A DNA stretch of 61,482 nucleotides, filler included, from Choristocarpus tenellus KU-1152 (Eukaryota; Protista; Phaeophyceae), in assembly GCA_964200185.2 (NCBI GenBank). It is 12 parts of 12 records of this genome, joined end to end, with 100 filler letters (N's around TTAATTAATTAA, not from the genome) between each part and the next. Parts side by side here need not be neighbours in the genome. Positions count along the whole stretch, not along the records: positions 41,859 to 56,602 come from CAXNAD020001122.1; positions 56,703 to 61,482 come from CAXNAD020013088.1; 10 more parts are not named here. One strand, 5' to 3'. The notes under the pieces are model-generated. The model worked only from the letters and a program-made list of their open reading frames with translations. It was not told the origin of the DNA and ran no database searches. The translations under genes were made by a program, and so were the position numbers. Position 1 is the stretch's first letter. Every line of letters starts with the position of its first letter. Positions 49,381 to 61,000 of this stretch are shown piece after piece.

Positions 49381-50374
49381 ACTCTTTGGAGGGTGACGAT
49401 TGTACTGCGCAGACACTGTAACCACAGCCAGTCTAGTGCTGCAAGGACTCTACACTCAATGCGCTTGTGGTATATACTTGGTAATATTAGCTTGACTAGT
49501 TAATCAAGAGTTAGCTTAGGTTGTCTCAGATCAGCCAAGTTCGAAAAAGCAAGAAGAATACCAATGCCAACGACATGTGTACAAAAACTTTGAAAAGTGT
49601 CTCACAGTCCGGCATACCTACAGCTCCAAAGTAGCAAAGTGCACACTCAACTGAAACACAAATCACAAATCTCTGCCGACTACAACACAGACTCCAATTA
49701 TTGCAAAAGATGTCTAGACTCAACTCAAAAGCAAAATCGAATTAATTGCAAATGACAGTTAGACTCAGCTCAAGTATCAGTTTCGTAATGGTGTTCAATA
49801 GGCTGGGGTACTAATCATTTCAGCTTCAGCTTCTCCAACTCCTCACTCAGGTATACAGGGGAAACACTTCAGACTAGAAAAGTCAGAGGTTCCTACATCC
49901 TCTCACACTCCTTGAATATATAAATACATTGTACCCAAACGGTTGAAGTGCCACATTTGCATGGACTTCCCCATTCTAGACTCTCTGGCGGAGGAGAAGG
50001 TGTGCACGCACTAGAATGAATGATACCTTTACATGGATGATATCGTGAGGCAAGACAAGTCTGAGGCTCCGCAGAAAACCAGAACTAGGATCAAGAATTC
50101 AAAGCAATGGGCAGCACCTATTTACAAGTAGAAAATCCTATGAAGCAACAGCAACTACAGAACCTGAGGGTCACACGAACACCAGCACCAATACCAGCAA
50201 CAGAATGGAAGCTTGATTAGGTTATGGAGTCGAGGTCAAGAAAGAAGAAACAATGCTGATACTTACATCACATTTAAGAAAACCTCGATCTGTGGGTCTG
50301 CAATTGTACAAAATACCCTCTCGGAGGATTAATAAGTATATGCCCAGCAAAACTAGAAATGAGCACCTTAGCCC

Positions 50375-50643
50375 TGTGCAAAGTAGGACAATAGTGAGGG
50401 GTACCTTATTTTGTGTATGAGAGATGTAACTAATAAGATAGAACATCTGGATTATGAATGGGAATATGTATGTGTTTTTATTATTATTTGTGTCTCATAC
50501 ATAAGTCCATGGTTATGTCAACGTAGTTGAATGCAGAATAAGACTCATACATATTCCCATTCAGAATCCGGATGTACTATCTCATTAGTTACATCTCTCA
50601 TACACAAAATAAGGTACACCTAGCTATTGTCCTACTTTGCACA
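50375..50643. mobile_element. Fold-back mini-element composed of two inverted 5' (U3) ends of the copia family 3 LTR
   Basis: 98-bp arms 50375-50472 and 50546-50643 both align to the LTR start at 58070. The termini are TG...CA and the flanks AGCCC / AGTCC. Confidence 0.88.
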
Positions 50644-53600
50644 AGTCCCGATATATAGACGGGTTCTTTAACTTAATGAGGTCACAAATCACAAGCTATC
50701 ACAAAGGTAGAGGTCAATGCAAAACCAGGCATGGTAAATAAGTGGGTGAAACTCTCCGATGTTGTGGAAGCAATAGTATGGAGAGAAGGAGTGAAGAAGG
50801 ATCAAGCTGAAGGGTTGGTATCATGGTATTAAATCAGATATCAGTGGTGAGCTCTAAAATGAGATTAACATCGTTTTTTATGGTAGGTGTGTTTCAAGGC
50901 GATTGGTTAGATTCATAGGTTTACAGGGCCGAATGTTTGGTTTAAGCAGGTTGAAACGTGGGGTGGATGCTGTGATCAAGAGAAGATTAATGGCGATGCC
51001 AAAATTACAAGTTGTGGTAGTCATCTTTGCGTTTATTGCTGACGTAGGTTCGTTGATGAACTCTACGATCTTCTGCGCTTATAGCATGCATTAGGTGGTG
51101 AATGATACTCTAGAGATCCGATGCAACACACATGAGTCATTAGTGCTCCTAATATGTAAGTGGAAGATCTCCGTCTGCAGCTTAGTTTTTAATAAGGAAA
51201 GGCGAGGATGCAAGTGTTTAGCAACATACTCGTTCTGGGAGCACCAAAATCGCTATCAACACTGAGAAAGCTGTGGGTTGATCAAGACTAGTAGAAGTAA
51301 AATTGACGAAAGGGTGGATACAAGAGTGAATGGAAATCCACAGGTATATCCCAAATCGCTTCTCGCAGGCCATTGAACCTCATTGGTTAGACGCAGAGTC
51401 ATTATTATGCGATGTGTCAAAGCAATAAACGGATCACAAGTGTTAATAGAGTTTAAACAACGGTGGTGAGGATGTAAGAGGAGTGAAGCTCTCCATTAGA
51501 GCAATGGCATATTTCTCATTCAGATTGCTTGGGCACCAAGTGACACGTCTTTTTCAAAGATCGCAGAGGAAATAATTGGATACTTGATTCAAGAGACTGT
51601 ACAGCATCCCAATCCTTTGCAACAGTATCTGTTGAAATATTCTAATTTATATACAGCTACCTCCATGGATACGTTTTTGATAGCTAGAGTCCAAGCCTCG
51701 CTGAATCGCCTCGAGCTGGTGGTGGACTATGTTAATCGTCACAGATGCACACGACGCACAGGAAAGCTCTTGCTGATGGTACAGTGTCAATATTGGATTG
51801 TGAATTCGGGGTGGTGATCATTCTTGGTGCAACCATACAGAAAAGGACTTACATTGCTTGGCAGAAGACTCTGCTGCCCTGTCGAAAATAGCCTTAATAT
51901 TATTTTGATGTTTTTGTCCTGTCTGATACGTCGATGATGTTTTGTCCATGTGCCTGTTAGTGCTCTACTACTAGAAATACTTCGTGTTCTAGACTCCATC
52001 TATCCGATAGATCAAGCAGAAAGGGAGTTTTAGTTAGAGCATGCATGTATGACATATTATGTTACAGTTAGCAGTACATAAAATGTGTCAAGGGCTTGTC
52101 ATAGCATTATGGAAATGAAGAGTACAACCATTTAGCGAGTATTAGAAAGGATGTCTGTCCAACCTATGCAAGAGCATAAACGACTGTGTGAACATAGGTA
52201 CTTTCAAGCAATGATCTATCCCATAGTTTAGTTCAGGGCTTGCTTGTTGTGCCTCCCAAATTCTTCTTCCAGAGTCAACCTTGGTCTTAACCGTCATGAA
52301 TATCGAAAACCCTATATTGTGAACCTGGGTACCTCTCCCCTCCGTCCATCACTTCACTATCCTCTCTGATCTCGACATTGCTACGACATAGAATACAATA
52401 TTTTTTTTTGTGATCATTTGAAAGTACCAAGTATTCAACTGCATCATGCCCTCGTAAGGCTTTCGTAAATACGAAGAATATGTAGTTGCAAATTGTGCTT
52501 GCAGAACAAGATGTGAGTGAGTGACGATGATGTGTAATTGGGTGCTCCGGACACGTCTTCAGTTTTATGACATGCCCAGGGAGAGAGAACGTTGAATTAA
52601 ACTCATTTTATTAGTATAAAAACTAATCATACACGATGCCTATTTCTTGGTATCCACCCGTCTTCATGAAATGGCTCACTTCTTGCTAGTGGCTATTGTA
52701 GGAGGGAGTTACGTCTCAAAATCTACTGAGAAACGATGTTTACGTAGCTACAAAATGTTCCAACACTGGCAAGCCAGAAATGGAGCTTGCAGCACCCCGA
52801 AGGGAGGATGATGCCTGAACACCAGTTAGTCGTACACAGTCCCTTACTGAGCTACCCGGAGTAGGTACTATGAAGTAAGGTACGTTGGTTGAAATGTTTA
52901 GCGAATGACATCAATTAGAAAATGAAGAGAAATATTTTAGCAGGAAATCGTCAGGTGTACGCCACAACCGTTTGCCTCTCAGAAGGGCTCTGTACTCATA
53001 TCATAATGTCACATTTCTGACTTTGAAGTAAAACAGCGATGCAAACTGTTCGCTATAGTGCTGTAAGGAAGACCGCCATAAACCTAGAGATGCCTGTCCT
53101 GACTCCCCACCCCAACAGTGAGTCAATATTCACTCTTCTCATATGAGGAACTAATGCATATGACATAAATGCAATGTATTACTTGGGAAGAAATCCATTG
53201 CTTTTGTTGTACCATCTGAATGGTTAGTCTAGTTAGGACCATTGAAAGGCCTTCCCCCCTCTATGAATAGTCTTGCCTGAGTCGCTACTGGTCCCACTTT
53301 GTAACTGGTTGCATCTTTTCCAAGTGTTGGTTTTGGAGCTATTTTCACACACACAATATTAATCAGATATATGGTACCTTTCTTATATTATTTATTTATT
53401 ATTTATTTATTATTTATTTATTTCAGTTTCAGTCTCACTCAATTATCGTAGTAGGTTGATGATGCATGAACACAAAATAAAGCAAATACAGATGTGGGAG
53501 GAAGTTGTGACCAGTCGACATTGCAGCACACGAACAACAGCAGAAAGTAGGTATATTGTGACCTCAACCTACGAACGTATAGCACGTAGTACCTATTACG

Positions 53601-53690
53601 ACCAAAATACTACTCCATTATTACTTCTAGGTCAGCAATGTCCACTCGGAGTGAGCCCATTAAGTAATTGAGAATCAAATCAACTGAGAT

Positions 53691-54130
53691 GTAGGCAAGG
53701 CTGCATTTTAAGGATTCTGAGAAAGGGCTAAAGTGTTCCATTTTGTATAATGAATGGTAGAAAGAGACTTTCTTGAATTGTGTGTCACTTTGTAAGTGGG
53801 AAGGGGTGAAAAAAGCAATTTTGCGTGCACTATTGTGCACATAAAACAATGACATAGACTGTATTGCACAGGGTAAGAAAGATGACCAAGAATGCAAAAG
53901 GGTTCAAATCTACCTACCTCACATTTTTTTTGGCTCTTGAGAAGTAGGCAAGGTTGCATTTGAAGGATTTTGAAAAATGCCAACAGACATGCCTCTTTGT
54001 ACATGAATCACTCTGGAAAGGCCTTTTCTTCACTGAATTGTGGTGAGAAGGAGAATATCAATTTTGCGGACACTGTTGTGTACAAAAGCAATGGAACAGA
54101 GTGTATTACACAGTACGAGAAAGATGGGTA
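53691..54130 (+). repeat. Diverged tandem duplication, period about 253 bp
   Basis: GTAGGCAAGG(C/T)TGCATTT(T/G)AAGGATT occurs at 53691 and 53944. CAATTTTGCG..CACT.TTGTG and TGTATT.CACAG...GAAAGATG also recur. Confidence 0.75.
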
Positions 54131-54327
54131 ATAATTTGAAAAGGTCAATAGTTTCCTACCTCTCCATTACTTTTTCTGGAGTACTACTTGGAAGGCGTGC
54201 AGGCTTGCTTGTCGGTTTCATTACAATCCTGTACAACCCATATTATGTTGCATCATCGACTTTACGATGCCCTGGCAAGCAAAATAAATGCATACCCAAC
54301 CTTCATCGAAAAAAGCACCGAATTACC

Positions 54328-55983
54328 ATGAGTGGAGCACATACATCCGACTCACTCAAGGTACAAACTCGGACAACAGATAAAGATATCCAGGAGGAAT
54401 CTGCAGCAATAGGAGGGAGTGAAATGTCTACGCAAAAGTGTTGCTCTTGGATGGTCAATCAACAGGTCATTACTTATACCTTCCCTATGCCCATTTCCCC
54501 CCAGGTCAAGAGAGTCGGGGGCCCTAAGACTGAAAAAGTCCCTAGGGGCACCCGAACATGTGTCCCAGAACACCGGCAGGTAAAAATAAAGGCCAAACCT
54601 GGAGGAGCCTTTGGTCTGTCCTTCGGTGGGAGAGCAGTGACCAGAATTGCCCCAGGGAGCCAGGCCGAGCGATACGGGGTCATGCCTGGCTGGACGCTTG
54701 CTGAAGTCGACGGCCGGGCTACATCAACGGCAATAGAGATAGCATCAGCCTTGGCCAAAGCCCGTACTGGTGCCAAGCCCTACAATCTATTGTTCCTTGT
54801 AAATGTCGATATTCCACAAACAAGCGGTTCTGGCACAGGGAGTGCATATCGTGAGAATGACGATGGACTTGCCGTAGAAGGGGAAGGAGAAGGAAACAGA
54901 ACAGGTGTCCCTCCTGACGTTCTGAAACCTTCCTCGGGCGAGACATTACCTACGTGTGGCGTAGCATGTGCTGCAGACACCGAAAAAGACACAGGGTCTG
55001 TGGATGAGGGGATGACCTCAACCGTGGAGAGTCAGGATGGAGGTGAAATATCCGCCATGGAGGAGCCTAGGGAGACAACATCCAGTGCCAATGGGACAGG
55101 AGAGGTTACTCTCAAGTACGAAATGTACGATGAGAAGTTTCCGATTGAGGTGTGTCCAATAGTGAGCCAGCTGGAGATCTGGTATAGATGAAAAATGCTT
55201 CACTGAAGTAGATGCAACTACATACATGCCATCGAAAACCGCATTCTTCTGGTGTATATCTATGTGTGACACATCTAACACACCCATAAACAGCCTCACT
55301 CCCCTTCCCTATCAACGAACACCTCTGTTCCACCTATGACTCAATTTCATCTCCTATCATCTCTTATCATCTATTGCCACCTATTTTATCGATCCCCACG
55401 TCTCTTCCCCTTGACCCTCTATCCCTTTATTTCAAGGATGGCTCCATCACTGCTGCTGCAATAGACGACATATATTGCCTGAGCTTTGCAATGCCTAACT
55501 GCACGCTGCATCTAGGATACCTGAGTCCCTCTGATCACTATGCTTCAGAAGCTGAAGGAGTGGGTATGCACTACCTACATGGTACGCATTCCATTCATGC
55601 AATAGCTGCTGTGACGGTGAACAACTGAAATGAATCTCACAAAACTTCCGATGTAGTCCATTCTGGGATTGGAGTGGATTGGATGTGGGGGTAGTTCAAG
55701 GGATTGATTTGTTTTGATACACAGAAAACCAATCTTACACGATTTATTTCAAGGCTGCAGCATTGACCTAAGCCCTATCCTCCAGCCCTCAACCTCGACC
55801 CCCTTCTCACCATTGAATCCTAATGCAAAACCTTACCGGTGGAGAGTGTCTCATCCCCGACTGTTGTTTCGTGCAGAGGACCCAGCAGGGACATTCTGCG
55901 GTTTGGAAGGGGGTGGCACATATTGGGTGTACGTGTCCCAGGATGCAGAAGAAGAGGCCAAAGATCGTGAGAGAATGAAACAG
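54328..55983 (+). CDS. Uncharacterised protein with a PDZ-like domain, 3' end missing; exons 54328-54360, 54505-55149, 55437-55581, 55877-55983
   Basis: GGAFGLSFGGRAVTRIAPGSQAERYGVMPGWTLAEVDG fits the PDZ carboxylate loop and GSxA..xG...G..L..VDG pattern. Downstream exons join in phase (VTLKYEMYDEKFPIE|DGSI...IDDIYCLSFAMP...|EDPAGTFCGL). Confidence 0.78.
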
Positions 55984-56290
55984 GTGAACCTACCACCCAT
56001 ACCTTGGGCAGTTTATGATTGTGAATTGATTATGCACTCGCCAATCCCCAGCTGTATGAACGAGAATGAAGTAGGACAAGAAGAAAATTATAGACATGGA
56101 GGACCAATTGTCACTTTCCACCGGCCATTAGTGTTGAACTGAGCTTCTCTCCAACTTGACTATATCTCCCAGCCGGATACAGCTATTGCATACCGTATTT
56201 CCCTTTCATCAAGATGTGGAAAGTAGGAAAAAGTTCAATTTAGTAACGTGCATACAGAGAATTTCTACAAGTCCTCCAGTGTAGACTGGC

Positions 56291-56331
<41 letters not shown>

Positions 56332-56702
56332 ATTCACCCTGCTGTGCAGACTTGGCACCCCACTTCTTCATTCAACCTTAAGCAGTCCAATTTCCAATCC
56401 CTACTGGAAATAGTACGAAGGAGCATGCACTGCAGCATAGAAACGTCAAATGCATTCAAGCCTGTTGATATTTTCGTTGGATTAGCAAAGGGCTCATTGA
56501 TAGTCAAGTAGCACAACTTTGTGGGACAGTGAGAAATAGTGGATTTCCTGAGTTGCTACACACAAGTAAACATCTGAACAGAGGGTCAAAGTATCTGGGG
56601 GGNNNNNNNNNNNNNNNNNNNNNNNNNNNNNNNNNNNNNNNNNNNNTTAATTAATTAANNNNNNNNNNNNNNNNNNNNNNNNNNNNNNNNNNNNNNNNNN
56701 NN

Positions 56703-58069
56703 CTACCCCAAGGGCTGGCACGTTTTTCAATAATGTCTTGCTCTTCCATAGTATTAACACACGAGTCAATTACTTGTTGAGTACTGGGGTTTGCTCTGTA
56801 AGGGTTCCTGTCAACAGGTTTGGTACCAGACTCTATAGGAATTTCTGCTTCAGCTAGGGTACATCTGCCTAGTTCTGCTGCATTCAACGAAAATACCGAT
56901 CTATAACGATCACAGAGGTCTAAAAGTTGAGACACTTGTGACTGATTGAACGTGGTATCTTTGAATGCGTTTGACTTGGTTAAGGCTTGATGTTACTCCT
57001 CTCTAGCTCTACTGAATGGAGCAGAATCCGTATTTAGAGCACTAACAGTGATTGGTATCTGATCTGAGATTGGGATTAAGTGACCTATCACACGATGCTT
57101 CCTGATACGTACTTTCAGTGTTGTTGGATTTGCCATTTGAACCAATACTGATCTATTACTTGCTGACCAAGTACTGAGGGCGCGAGCAGCTACGATACGA
57201 TTCCATGGGTGTGTAGGTTCAGTGGTTTGATCTACTGCAGGCATGGAGTGTATGACTGGCCCCACTGCCACAGCAGTATTCAACGACGGATTAGTATCAG
57301 TTGTGCAACGTATGATGATTTCATAACCAGGTGGTATGTTATACTGTTTATGTACACGGACAGGTACAGGGTCAAAATCATGTTGCACACTCGCCACAGA
57401 ACACGAAGGAGTGATACTTGTCTCACGTACTTGAGTGGGCTCCTTGTCATGTGATGTCTCGCTGAAATGGTACACGAACTGTTGTGGAATGAAATACGTT
57501 GTTCTTGCCAATCAAGGATTGCACCGAAGGCCTGCATAACACTATCATCAAGCAGAATTTTATCGGGACCAAGTTGGGGAATCACTAAAGCTTCAACTGG
57601 CAATGCGATGTCACCAAGTGTAAGTGCAAAACGAATAAATGTACGGATATGCAAAGGTGAACCATTTGCTGTACGGCACTAGGTGGGACAGGATGCACAT
57701 CAAAACGTTTCAGTTGAGGGTGATTGCGAACAAATATTTCAGAAATACATGGTACATCACTAGCTGTGTCAATAGTCAAGTCATTTTCTTCTTGTTCTTC
57801 AACGGTGCCAGATACACGAACCCTCTGTGATGAAAACAATAAGGGTTTGGGCATGGATGAATATCTGCACAAAGAACTGTTGAACCAAGTTTCATTATTA
57901 TTACACGAGTTTGGTTGAACTAATGGCAAAGAAAAATGCTTAGTGACACACGTGCGGGCAATAAACGATGCCTGCGGGGCAAGAGGTGCGACTGGTGTCA
58001 ACCTCTGACACTTGCCACTCCCTACGATGGTATCAAACAACAACACCATGGCTGTTCCCAAGTGGACAG
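56703..58069 (-). mobile_element. Ty3/gypsy remnant (protease, spacer, start of RT)
   Basis: Protease LTIDTASDVPCIS and ILLDDSVMQAFGAILDW. RT N-terminus YRSVFS...ELGRC...IPIESGTKPVDRNPYR...MEEQDIIEKRASPW. The PR-RT order is gypsy type. Confidence 0.88.
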
Positions 58070-61000
58070 TGTGCAAAATAGGACAATAGTGAGGTGTACC
58101 TTATTTTGTGTATATGAGATTATTGTGTTGAATTGAGTCCATGTGATGTAACTAATAAAATAGTGTACATCCAGATTATGTATGGGATTATGTATTGGTA
58201 TTTATTCTGCATTCAACTACTTTGACATGACCGCTGACTCAGATAGGAAGCACAAATAAATAATAAAGCAATGAAAAGACACTACACAAAGGTCACTCTT
58301 CTAATTTCAACTATGTAATCACGTTCAGCAAAGGGGGTCGTGCGAGGCTTCACACCTTCTTATCTTCACTACTAATAAATAGTTACCTCCCAAGGTAGTT
58401 TGCACAGGTTATGAGCCTCAGTAGTATGGAGACTGTCCTGAAGAAACTTGCTGTCTGGACAGGGGCGACAGGAAGGTCATTGGAGACGTGGTCAACTTGG
58501 AGACTGTCACTGATCGCCTACGCTGGTGGAATGGGCTTGTACGAGATTACGACAAGGGACTACGAGATTCCCGAAACACCCACCACCATGTCGGGAGAGG
58601 CAGTGTGTACGGCACATGCCTCATACTCGAAGAACAACAAGGCATTATGGTTCCTCCTTCTACAAACAACGAAAGGATCAGCATCCACGATTGTAGCGAA
58701 ATACGAAAATGGAGGTCAACCAGACGGCAGAGGAGCTTAGTTGGAACTAGAACGAGTCTACGGTGGACGCACGGAGGACGAAATCCCCGTACAAGTCATC
58801 ACGTTGGAGGCGAAACTCCGCGAATTACGGTGCACAGCGTCTCAGGACAGCACTGATCTTATCGTCAAACTCGAACGACCATTTTCGGAATTCGAGGAGC
58901 TCAAGGAGCCTAAATCCGAAAACATAAAAAGGGCATCTATACTACTTGGAATCAAGGAATCAATGCCACATGGGTTCGCGCAATTGATGAGACGCCCGGA
59001 CATCAGCTATGAAGAGCTTAAACGAGCAGTTATCTCGTCGACAACTTACCTTCACTCGGGTCAAGATGGTCATGGAGTATTAGCAATGCATGGCAACGTG
59101 AAGAATGGCCATGCTCGGAAGACCAAAGGATCAGCTGGAAGTGGCCTCAGACCAAACCAATGTGGATATTGTTTAAGGATGAACCATCGATGGCAGCATT
59201 GCTACCGATACTTAAATGGAAAGCTGCCGGCAACGCGTCCGCCTGGGGTGGCACCCGTAACATTTCCGCCACCTCCAACTTGTGGGAGCAGCAACAAAGT
59301 CGACGGAAAACCAAGCGCGCTCCTTCTCCAGTTTCAAGGTGACAGCAGACGAGGAGCTTAACAAAAGTGCGGTTTTCAACTCCTCCAGTGGAAGACAAGT
59401 CGAGATTTTATGTGACTCTGGAGCAAACGTACATCTTACACCTGATCGTGAAGATCTCAGAAGTACTCGGGGCACCAAACACACATGCACCTTCGGAAAC
59501 AATGGGAAATTGGAAGCGAAGGAAATCGGGGATATGGTTCTAATGGTGACGGACAAGGACGGCAAACCAACAAGAGTGGTTCTGAAAGATGTTCCCTGGG
59601 TCTCAGGTCTACCATGCCGCATATTGAGTACTGGAAGTATACGACGGAATGGGGGAGAATTTATGGATTCAGGAACATAGGAAAGTTATCTGCGGGCCTC
59701 CAAGAATTCGCCCAAGATAAACCTACAAAAATCGGGGGGGTTCTTAAATTTAACTGGAACCATAATCAACATGGAACAAGAATTGAGAGCCAGCGCTGCA
59801 CGAGCCAACCGAAAGCAGAGGCTAACATTAAAGGACTGGCATAACATATTAGGTCATATCAACTCTTCAACTATCAAGCACCTCGAGAAGCGTGGACTAT
59901 TGGAGATCACCGATGCGACTGTGGTGTCAGATCTGCAATGTGAGACCTGCAAGGAATACAAGTCCGAGGCCCTAAGTTATCAACGGGGTGGCAGGACCCC
60001 CAAGCAGCCCGGCGAGGTTGTCCACACAAATTTGGCGGGACCTTTTAAAGTAGACATCACTGGCCATCAATATTTTCAGGTGTACGTCGATGAGAGCAAC
60101 CGAGACAAGAGGGTTTATGGATTGAAGACAAATAACACAGCGACGGACGCAACCGCTGCTTATATCGACCAGATGGCCAGGGAAGGTATACCAGTCAAAT
60201 GCATCAGTGGGGATGGTGCTGGCGAGCTTGGGAGATCGGTGAAGTTCCAAGGGATGCTGGTGAACAACGGTACCCAATGGAGGAAATCTCCACCGAGAAC
60301 ACCACAGAGCAATGGAATCGCCGAAAGGGCGATAAAGCAACTTATGGCGGCAGCAAGGAGTCTGGTAAAGGCTGGGCTGGGCGACGAGTATTGGTTCTTT
60401 GAAATCACGGACGTCGCCTTCAAGACTGGAGGCATGCCACATGAATACCTCGGAGGAGAGACGCCATGCGAGCATCTAACAGGAAAATCTTTCAACTATG
60501 ATAGATTTCGGGCCTGGGGGAGCAGGTGCGATGTTCATCAGGACAAGCAGCAGAGATGGGCCAGAGCAAAGTTCCACCCATACGCCAAGAGTGGTAAAAT
60601 AATGGGACACGATCGCACATCATTATGCTGTCACATCTGACTTCCTCAAGAGGTCAAGTTGGTAACCTCAGCCCACGTGACGTTCGAGACAGACAAACAC
60701 ATCATGGACTTCTTGGGGGAGAGAGAGACAATGACTTCGACGGATGATTCTGAGAGTGAAGACGACTCTGATCGGGATTCCGATATTGCAGTCGATCCGA
60801 TTCCCCTTAGTTCTCCTAGTGGAAAACGGAGGTCAGCTAGGATAGCTGAACAACCCAGGGTAGACTACAGGGGTTTACACTCTGGTGATACAGAAGAACT
60901 GGGAGAGGATATAGTGAATCTGCTCAGATTAAGCACAAATGATGCATATTGTTTGATGGGCATGTCAGTGACATCTCAATAGGCCACCAGGAGCCATCAA

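Noticed and set aside
50700-52000. Possible hAT transposase remnant
   Set aside because: Only a vague resemblance near 51640-51750, with no TIR, no 8-bp TSD and no clear motif.
59320-59361. Programmed gag-pol frameshift in the copia element
   Set aside because: The copy has several other stops and indels, and copia elements normally use a single ORF. One decayed copy cannot distinguish recoding from mutation.
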